A stretch of DNA of 64,000 bases from Phoronis australis (taxonomy: Eukaryota; Animalia; Phoronida): the NCBI GenBank assembly GCA_002633005.1, contig NMRA01000078.1:1004233-1068232 (forward strand). The letters run 5' to 3'. Each line of letters begins with the position of its first letter. Positions within the stretch are counted from its first letter, which is position 1. Positions 54,591-64,000 of this stretch are shown here, piece by piece. The position numbers and the translations under genes were made by a program. A model generated the notes under the pieces. It made no database searches and was not told where the DNA came from. It was given only the letters and a program-made list of their open reading frames with translations.

Positions 54591-55863
54591 GTAATTATCT
54601 TTATTTCATCCCATAATGCATTCTGACCTGGGAAAAAGTAGAGACTTTTCACTCTTCCGAATCAAAAAAATATTGTTCAAAATAAGCAAAACTACATTCC
54701 TAGAACAGTAAGTTTATTCGGTACACTGACACCAGATGGATGGTTGCCAAAATTCTAAATTTCTGCGATGACAGAAAACGATGTTTGACATGGAGTTAAT
54801 TGAGTTTATGAAATTGTCATATTTCAGTAATGTTTCATTGAGACCGCATTGTGATTGACAATGAAATTAGAAACAAATAGATTTTATCTTTTGACGACAG
54901 GAAGTGAGGTTCGGAAGCACGTTGAGGTTTTGTATTTTGAATTACATATAACGATTTTTGTTGGCTAGTTGTACCAAATGATGTTACGATCGTTCTTAGT
55001 TTTTTCCATGGAATGCCATTTTTACAGTGGCTAAATTGTCTCAGAATTAAAATGCGTAAAGCTGCAATGTAGTTGTGGATTTGATCCCTGATTTCATGTT
55101 GGTTTGGGCTAAAGGTTGGAATATGGGGCTCCTGATTTTTTAAAAAAGCTTGATTTGATCAGAAATAAATATTACGTGGTGGTCGTGCAAAGATGACACG
55201 GAATTTATGGTTTCTGCCCAGAAGGTGCATTCATTATCAGGTATTATTACACAACCAACCAATGGTACATCATTTAGGCATGATATCTTGAGATAAACTT
55301 TAACATTGCCCAAGCCGGTTGTGGAATACCATTTCATTCATGCCACCCGGAGGTCAGAGGTTGCTATTCGCGACCTGACCAATGGAACGCTGTAGAAACC
55401 ACTGACCCTGACTACAAAGCAAGCAGACGATCAAAGCAGGTAGATGAAAAGTGACTGAAAGAACCTTCAGTGGTTGTAAAATAAACAAAATATACGTCGA
55501 TCCCTCAGGCATATCAAATCATGTGTACCTTTGTCAGTCCATATGACCCGACATCAGATTCCACATTTTGCGTTTTTGTATCGTGTAAGGTTGGCGAGAT
55601 CTTGCGAGACCATGGTTAAGTGCACTGCAAGATTTCACTGGTGCTTTGCGAGCAGTAGTCTTGGATGTTTCTAGTGTGCATCAGGCATAATTTCAATGTT
55701 GAGTTGGAGAAAATGATGTGCAAAGACGGAGTTTATAACCAATATTGACGTTCCGTCACGAAAATTACTCGGTCTCGCATGATAGTAGCGTTATACAATT
55801 ACAACACGCCATTGTTTAACTATGAGCCGATATTTTAATTGATTGTTTGTCGCCTGTTATCAG

Positions 55864-56024
55864 AGTCTCATAGTGCCAGGCTGTGGAAACCCGTCATAGT
55901 GCGCCGTGTGGCGTACGCTACAAAGGAACTCACCATCTACATCAACCCAGCCCCACCCAAATTCGGTTTCCAGTGGTATGAAATGTACCTAGTGAGACTA
56001 CCTGATTACTATAAAGCTGGCCAG
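55864..56024 (+). CDS. IL-17 receptor-like gene exon A (second FN3-like domain) SHSARLWKPVIVRRVAYATKELTIYINPAPPKFGFQWYEMYLVRLPDYYKAGQ
   Basis: CCTGTTATCAG| acceptor and donor CAG|GTAGTT (an alternative in-frame GTATGA lies at 56037); phase 1-0. WKP...AP..FGF matches IL17RD FWKP...HAPHNFGFRFFYL (recalled from memory). Confidence 0.88.
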
Positions 56025-59000
56025 GTAGTTGACTTCGTATGACCATGTATCTGTTTCATGAAAACTGACTTGAAACTTTTGTCTAAAATTTCGTTTTACA
56101 CTCTCACTTCTAGATATTATTTTTACGTAAATTTTAGCACCTCAAAAGTTATAGTAATATTTTGTACACATCATTTAGTTACCCAGCGACAGTGGTTATA
56201 TGTTGTGAGACTTTTTACCTTGCTCAAGTCAGATTGAATTATTTTTCGTAAATACGTGCGTGAAGCAAAAGACGAAATATCTGACCCAAGTCTTAGGTCA
56301 CTTCTCATGAAACAGACCCCATATCTCGTGTTTGTTGTGTGTGTGGTTTGGGGACACCTGGGCTGGCTTACATAAAACTTCCAAGATTTAGCTGTTGGAT
56401 AATTTTGATTGTTGAAAGACGACAAGTGCATTCTCAACAAAGGTGATGCGACACGAGAAAACGCGATGTCAGTGTTTATATCCAGCTTATAACCTCATGC
56501 AGAAAGGCTTTTACATCCTGCAGAAGATATGACAGTCTTTCTGCTGTTGTTCACTTTGGGAGATAAGGGATTCGATCTCATGAGCAGCTGAGAAAATTTA
56601 TTAAAAGCTACAACTGACTCAGAGTTAGATAAAGTGGTTGAATTGGATACATTTGTTTGACAGCTGCCTTGCTATTTAGGGTATTCGTTTTAGAAGATCT
56701 AACAATTAGTTTCAAAATAATCGGAGTTCATTCCTCTTGCAAAAATGTTTGAAATAAAAATGTTATTGATGAAATTAAACCTTATCTAATCATGATCTTT
56801 TATTGCAAATTGTTAAATTAAAAAAAAATTCACCCCAGTTCTGGCACAAACGCTGATATAGTATTCAAGCTACATTTCATCCTGTTCAGCTGGCTAAAAA
56901 CTGAAAATCAAATGAGGGCCTTTGTCTCGTTATCAAGACTGAAGAACATACAAATCCAGGACAGGTCGAGAAACCCCTTGGAAAACCGTTGATTTTTATT
57001 GGAGGTGGCTAACTTCGAAATTCGAAAATGGCGTGCAGGAACTTCCATTCAAAACTAAATCAGTCATGTGAGACAACTCTGATCAGCTTTAGTTTTGACT
57101 CTAACGTCTCTTGGTCAAAGAACTCTATGTTAAGCTCTTTCACTGACGCCACCTTTTGGCGACTCCACTACACGACTCACTTGAATGCCAACGTCACAGT
57201 TTGTCTATTTTTAGCTGTACAAGCAGGGGCTATTTACAACATTTACGACCACCTTGTGTTGGTCTTTTGCTTGACAGAAAATATTTTTTTGAGAATTAGT
57301 GATTTTTTTCTTGAACATGATTCAGATTTATGCCAACCAGACTTGAGTTTCAACTACCTGACAATGTACGCAAACATTTAGTATCATAGAATTTTCGATT
57401 TTCTGTTTGCAAATATCAACAATTTTGTAGTCTTTTTTGTTTGTGCTCTCAATTTTTTTTATTTATTTGGCACTGGAAAGTGTGCCACGCACTAGAAAGT
57501 TGACAGGGAGAGAGTTAAAGTGACCACTAAACAGGGTGACTGCAGCTTTAACCAAAGCGCTTTGGGCCACTGTTTAAAAACATTACCACACTTGTCCAAT
57601 TTTGAAGTGTTGCCGAATGTGCCGACAACTCAAGTCAGGGGCAAAGAATGTGGCATTTTCAAATTCGCTTCCTTAGGATCAGCTAGTCAGTTAAGTATTG
57701 AGGCGTTTCCTTGAGTCATTGATCAGGTGTCAATGTTCTTGTTTGTCATGGAAATGGAATCCTATCACTCTGAGGACCATTATGAGAATAAAAGGCTTAA
57801 TTTGGTTTTTGTTTTTGGCCAGCATATACAAAAATGTTGATGAAACTCCAAGATGTGTGCTTTATACACTGGTCTCTAAAACGCTTTTTAGGAATTGTTT
57901 TAAACTGTTCTCCATGTCTGCATAGCAAGTAGCACCATGTAGTAATAAAAACAACAATAGTTGTAAAACGGCTTGACATATTTCGGTGTCATTTATGTTC
58001 TACTTTTTCGTAAGGAGCTATCATCAAAAATTAGGACTTTATGATTTTGATGAAAAAATTAATTAGTTATAATTGCATAAAACTAAAACGAAATGATAAT
58101 TTAGAAAACTGTAACAGTGTCTTGATATTTTACGAAATTTTGTCTAGTTGTTATTAATCCTACTGTTTTGCTATGATGAATATATCTTTCTTTTTTTGCT
58201 AAATTTCCTTAAAAACAAGAGCCTATTAAGTGGCAGATTGGTATAATGTCAATAATCAAATTCTACGGAATTGATGCTTTCAGAAAATAATATATATTTT
58301 ATCCGAGTTAAATTCTATATTTTGGGAGATATTTAGCTAAATGCACAAACCCATCGACGTTTTTATAAGAACTCGGTGTATTTTTAAGGGTTTTACATCG
58401 AAATTGATGATTTATAAACAATGAATTTTCAAACGATAAGCCGACACCAATAACCCGTGTTGTGAACTGCTGAACTGTTAGACTGCATGTGAAACCAATT
58501 ACGTCATTGAATAATTTCAAAACCTCCGTCTGCCGTCAGGTATCAGGTAACGCAACCGAACCTGCCGTTATCAAGTAGAACTACTCGATCTAAATTGATA
58601 CAGAATAGGTTGTTTTTTGGGTGGCATTCTCCTTTAATTTCCTTTTTTCTGCGTTATTGTCACGTAGCCAGTACCTGGGAGATCTCTCCAAAGCACACAG
58701 TCACTCACATGTTACTGAATTGCTAAATGCTGCATTGTGGGATGTCCATGGTCATGTGATATGCAATTGGTGGTGGTGATTGGTAATGATTGACTTGCTG
58801 CTTGTACCCGTCTCCTGACACTCTGGCTAGCAGTTTTATGTGCTTCACAGTGTATGTCTAGACCTCGTCGCAAAACTGAAGTGAATGGTCTTTCTCTGTT
58901 TACTGCTTGGGCAGTCAACGTGCACGTGACAAGTCAATTCTCTGCCTAAGATTTTTCCGTGTTATATTTCGTATGAGCAGTGAAGAGCTTTCCGGCACTG

Positions 59001-61270
59001 ATGCTGCGCTTTTTCAAAATTCACACAAGCTGTCTTTAGTCTTACATAACTATTGATTTCGGCCAATTTACCATGGTAACACTGATCTGAAGTTGTCCAC
59101 ACACAGTTCACAGCTGATTTTTGGGCTTGTAAAAATCTGGAGCTCATTATTTTAGGAGGTTAGGCTCAATAAGGCAGCTAGACCGTGCATGTTACTGTGT
59201 GCATTTTTGATACAGTACAGCCCCTGACTTATTAGATGTCCGGGCTGCATCCAGTCTGGTTAGTCATGACCTTAACTGGAGACAGACCGGAGAGTGAGGT
59301 GTGAATCGACCATGACAACTGGCATGAGCGTCAGCGTGACTGTGCCTGGAGCTTACTGTGAGTTATGCGTGAACAAAGCGCGAGCCTTGAGCGGGGCAGG
59401 AGTTTCCCTGCCTGCACTGCAGCCGAGACAGTCTTAACTGCTATCCTCACTAGTTTATCTTGACAAAACACCGTATCGTATTTCTGGTGATGTTTCTCGT
59501 CTTGACTAGGACACTATTTTAAATTAAGATTTAATTTAGCTTTGTCTCAGCACGTTACCAAGAGAGTTTATTACGACCAAATTGTTTGCCATTGAATAGA
59601 AGAGAAATCAAGAGCCTTGAAATATGAAGTAATGCGCTTAAAACAAAAGATGCGCTTGCGACATTACAAAATCGGAATTTCTAGCTACTCAATACTTATA
59701 ATTGTTTGAAAACTTGATAGTTTCAAGGTTGCTGTGCAGGGATTTTGAACTTTGAACTGTTTAAAGCGTGACAAAAAGGAAAAAGTCGATGGAAATGGTA
59801 ACTAATGGCTATACACAAAAGAAGGAATGTGACAAGCAAAAAACACAGTCAAGTAGTTACAGTATTGGTAATGAGGAAAGAAAATGATTCCAAAATACTT
59901 TTCATTTCAACATGGTCATTCCTTGCGTCAGTACTTTACACTTAGCTGAACTCGCCCATCCCAGGTCGCCAAATGAAAACAGATCACCGAAATTGAGATC
60001 ATAAATTGACTTATTATTGTGTTTTCTTAGAGCGATAGGTCCAAACACACGTTGATTTTAAACTTTTTCCGATTTATTCGCTGTAGTAATTTTGACATGG
60101 ACAGTGTTGGATTTTGTTGCCCGTTGTGTTTGTTACTGCGGAATGTTACAGTTGCCAGAGGCAAATAACTAATAGTCGGATACAGGAGGATAACAGCAAC
60201 AGACCCCACACTCTTGGGCCAAGTTTTAGAGACAGTTAAAATTTGGGTATATGAAAAATTAGAGGAAAGCTTAAGTTTTGAGTGCAAGTTGAAAACTTAA
60301 AGCTTCTGTAGTTACACCCAATTGAACACAAAATAATATTTAATCATTTTTCATGAGAATCTAATTGACTGTAAACGTGTAAAACTTAAAATTTGAAGTA
60401 CTGTAAGTAAAGGTTTATTTTGGGGTGGTATGGTTCACAAACGGATAGAGCAGTATCGGATTCAGTTTTGCTAGTCCCCGACAGAAATTGAGGAAGAAAT
60501 ATGTAGCGCTTCTTTAATTAAGAGCTAAATACACGAGAAAAACAAATGGATAACTTTCTTGGTCTAAAGCATTACAATCCTACTGTGACACTCAGATGAA
60601 TAGCTTTCAAAGTCAACTGAATCATTTGTATTCCGTACACTAATTTATTTGGGAGTAAATTCCACAGCCCAACACCTATCTAGCTCGGGCACTTCTGGCT
60701 TATGTTTTGATATGAAAATCTGGTATTTGGTAGTTCTTACATGTCAGAGCATAGCACGTGACTTCTGCGAACATTTATCCCAAATTCCGGCATCATGCAT
60801 TTGACGTATCAAACAAGTGACCGCTATTAATATTTTACTGAAGAAAGGGATGGTGCTACAAATTATTAAATCGCACTAGGGGTTGTAGGGAATGGGGATG
60901 CCAGGTGAGGTGCCGTCACCTGCAGAAGAGCGCTTATTGAAATTTTTTGTTCTCGAGTGCGGAGCAAAAATCTACAGAGTGACAATACATGCACATGTAT
61001 CAAGATGCGTAGGCTATTTTAGGGCGAATTAACTATATCCAGCTGTCACGAGTTTCACAGAGTCCTCTGTAAACACGGCTGTGAACTCGGGGTGCGTGTG
61101 TTTGTCTTTACGAACCACGGTTTAGTCGTTGATGGGACAGGCTTTGTAATCATAAATGGGAAAACAATTGCATGTAATTGTAATGCCAGACGATCTGAAA
61201 GATTACTTTTGAGTTTGACCAACACGTGAAATTACGGAGTTTAAGTCGGAAGCCAGTGTTGAAAGATGAT

Positions 61271-61492
61271 TACTCAGCCATAACGACGCGCAGATCTAGA
61301 TGTTACATGTATTTTTATTGGTCCGGTGCACCATCACGGTTACCACATCTACCGAAGGCGTGAAAAAAGCATGAGGGAAGTGCGAGGAAAGCATGAGGGA
61401 GGCATGAGGAAGGCATTAACCGGAGGTAAGCGTGAGAAGGCCGTGACTGATTTTGCTCACGCCTGCGTTCTGGTTACGCTCCTGTCTGAGTA
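61271..61492. mobile_element. Small MITE-like element with GC(A/G)TGAG repeats
   Basis: Imperfect inverted ends TACTCAGCCA and TGTCTGAGTA; internal GCATGAGG/GCGTGA repeats and an inverted CTCACGC. Confidence 0.45.
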
Positions 61493-61746
61493 GCCGTGAG
61501 GCAGACAGGGCCAAGTCTAATAATTCAGTGGCTGTACTGTAAATAAGGCACAATAATTATTACTAGCTGTCTTAGAAACAGTTTCTACCTTCTCCATTGG
61601 CAGAGTCACTGTAGAAGCACCAACATACAAACATACTACTATAGTCACCAACTCCACCTTTTGCATTATTCACAGAACGTCATCTTGTAATGGTGGCATG
61701 GTGTTCACGTGCATTCAAACATTGTAAACGGTCTTATTTTAATTAG

Positions 61747-61922
61747 AGAATCGTGTTCCGGCTAATGCATGGAAGCCCAGCATGGCAAGACGTGTTAATT
61801 ACAAACGCCGTGAGGTGACTATCTACATTCAACCAGCTCCGAAGAGATATCAATTCAACAACTTTGAACTGATCCTGTTTAAGAAAGACATTGATATGCA
61901 GCACGGATGTTATGATTTACCG
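61747..61922 (+). CDS. IL-17 receptor-like gene exon B, paralog of exon A: NRVPANAWKPSMARRVNYKRREVTIYIQPAPKRYQFNNFELILFKKDIDMQHGCYDLP
   Basis: CTTATTTTAATTAG| acceptor and CCG|GTTTGT donor; 176 nt, phase 1-0. 18/36 ungapped identities to exon A from WKP to the conserved Leu. Confidence 0.85.
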
Positions 61923-62517
61923 GTTTGTGTAAAGTTGAACGAAATTTGCCAGTCAGCCAGTTGGCCACCAGTCCATCAGTGTAGCCAGTCTGTCAGTGTG
62001 AGTTGTGAAATACCAACAATTTTGGCAAACTAATGAAACGTTTCGTTTTTGGGGGTCATTTTTGCTTAGAAGTGATAACGTCTGCAGCCACATTCCATCC
62101 TAGACTAGTGCTATCACATGACTGCGTGGCCCGAGACTGTCTGACTGTTTGTTGGTAGGGGTATGCCATTTCATCTCATTACATTATTGCCTTTCCAATT
62201 TCTATTGCTGCTAGATTGTGTCTGATGTGATCTCTACTCTGTTCACAGCTAAGCGAGCTTATCTGCTCTATGTATTTAATGTTTTGAGTAGACAGACGCG
62301 CAAGTCTGTGATTCGTCTATTTCTGACCCATGTGTGTGAACCCGCGCCATTCACTGGCAATGCTGAGGTAATTGTCCTTTGTATGGATAACGAAAATCGA
62401 CGCGTACGCATCCTTGAGCATAGATTTCATACGAGTCCTCTAATTCAGAAAACAGAAAGTGTCTTGCTTGCCATCGTCTGCTTGGTAAGTTGGCTGTGTA
62501 CTTGTATCTATGATAAA

Positions 62518-62548
62518 CCTAGGAACCAATCTCATATTGGTTCCTAGG
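62518..62548. other. Perfect 13-bp-stem hairpin CCTAGGAACCAAT-CTCAT-ATTGGTTCCTAGG
   Basis: Read directly from the sequence; flanked by a GATAAAC direct repeat (62512-62518 and 62548-62554). Confidence 0.85.
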
Positions 62549-63467
62549 ATAAACTGAACGTCAGACAGCTTAAAATACTGCTCAAGATCCTATATCTTTG
62601 TCTGCTAGCGGTTCTGCTTAATATATTGCTGTCCCACAATCCTTTGTGTTTTTGACGTCTTTCGCTATCCGTAAAAAGTTCAGTGTTATAATTAGTCTTT
62701 CTGTCAACTTTATGTTCTCACCGTCACACAAGGTCGCGTTTGGAGACCGTATGAGACGCTATTACTCAGATTTTTACTTTAATGTTAGTTGTTTATTTTT
62801 TATTTATTATTTAAGTACAGTATTTCTGGTACTAATATGAAGTTTTTCGCGATTATTCTCAATCTGATCTTCAAGTTTAAATAAATTTTAGTCCAGTGTA
62901 TTATTAATATTCCGTTTTCTTTCAAACCTCTTCTTCAGCAGTGACTGCTATAGTTAGTATTGTCGTTTTAAAGTAGCGTCATCATTATGTCACCAAAGGT
63001 GTTGTTGATTTTTATTTTAATTGTAATTATTGCACAGTCTTTCATGGGGAATTATTTTTTAATTCTATCCAGCGGTGCAGATGCTCGAAATGTTACAATG
63101 TGTCAAAATACGGTTTCCACAAGGAAATCCTTTGCGCAAACTTGAATGATGAATATTGTATTGATGAGCGTGCGATCTAGGTTTAAGGCTTATCCGCTAA
63201 CGGGTTTTTTGGTCTATGATGGGTTTCATTACTACCTAGGTCTGTAAACGGTTAAAAAACTTCTTGGTCAATTCCATCACTAACCACACCTTTGGTGACA
63301 TCATGTTGAATTATTTTAGTCTGAGCTTGCATTCAGTGGCTAAATCTTACTTCTGTATATTTAGTTAAGTGTAATCCCAAGACACTTCTAGTACCCCTGC
63401 TGATAGGTGGCTCTGTGTTCTGCCGGTTGTTATAGTCCAGCAGTAATCGTGTGTGTAAACTTTGCAG

Positions 63468-63530
63468 ACGCAAACAACGACGCTGAACTTCACCTTCAAG
63501 GGTGTGTCTCAGGGAAGGTACTTCCTACGG
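63468..63530 (+). CDS. IL-17 receptor-like gene exon TQTTTLNFTFKGVSQGRYFLR
   Basis: AACTTTGCAG| acceptor and CGG|GTAAGG donor; 63 nt, phase 0-0. F..V..G.Y is the FN3 tyrosine-corner motif (compare IL17RD LLQNVSPGDY, recalled from memory); NFT sequon. Confidence 0.85.
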
Positions 63531-64000
63531 GTAAGGACATAGTTCATAGCACGACCTCTAACTCATAATTTCATCATAGGACTTTTAGCGAGAGATCAGG
63601 TCCACTGTTCACAGCATGTCAAGGTGACGTCTTTGTACGATCATTTTTCTTGTGTTGTACGTTAAATGTATTTAGCCACATGTCATTCAGATGGTGTCAC
63701 CTGGTAAGAGCTGAAGTGATGCTGAACTTTTTTCTCTTAGCATATCACCGGTCCAGTGTTATGCAGTTGGCTGACAGCAAGGTGATTTGCTAAGTAGCCA
63801 AGCTTTTTAGTGAAAAGCTACCTTACGTTGTCGTAGATTCTAAACAAATAAACTTCACTATCAGTAATGCGGGTGGTTACTGTTTTCTTTAAAAAAGGTA
63901 AACGTTTCAAAATTAGTTGGGTGCAGACCAGAACGAATTACTAATTTTCATTGGCCTTACCCAGATTTCTTGAGAGACATAGCTTGTGTCAGTTTCATGC

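Noticed and set aside
57121-57198. Possible phase 0-0 exon NSMLSSFTDATFWRLHYTTHLNANVT between exons A and B
   Set aside because: Weak acceptor (AAG) and donor (ACA|GTTTGT), and no FN3 motif. Cannot be fully excluded without RNA data.
59270-59285. U12-like branch site CCTTAAC-N7-AG
   Set aside because: No U12 donor in the upstream intron. The resulting exon would end in T and create TAG when joined to exon B.
63073-63180. Cys-rich open stretch after a good acceptor (RCRCSKCYNVSKY...)
   Set aside because: No phase-0 donor found before the stop codon, and it is not needed to join exon B to 63468.

Overview
This is AT-rich, intron- and repeat-dominated animal genomic DNA; the repeat types and gene content suggest a marine invertebrate, possibly a deuterostome (inference). 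It is not prokaryotic, and most ORFs in the supplied track are chance ORFs. The main content is a + strand multi-exon gene. Its exons (45466-45520, 50913-51038, 52601-52704, 54473-54590, 55864-~56030, 61747-61922, 63468-63530) have GT-AG ends, and the first four join either of the two WKP exons and then the last exon with compatible phases. They encode an IL-17 receptor/Sef (IL17RD)-like fibronectin-III ectodomain, and the gene continues past the window end. The two WKP exons (55864 and 61747) are same-phase paralogs and are candidates for mutually exclusive splicing. Upstream are two weaker exon candidates (3-62, 21331-21384) with ubiquitin-like resemblance; the second ends in a U12-type donor. 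The rest is transposon-derived: three Helentron/DINE-like elements with internal tandem repeats (two carrying periodic CTCF-like motifs), TA-flanked Tc1/mariner-type MITEs, a Harbinger-type MITE, a decayed THAP gene, LINE 3' ends, a tRNA-derived SINE and minisatellites. No CRISPR array, rRNA or intact tRNA was seen. All family assignments are by eye, without database searches.
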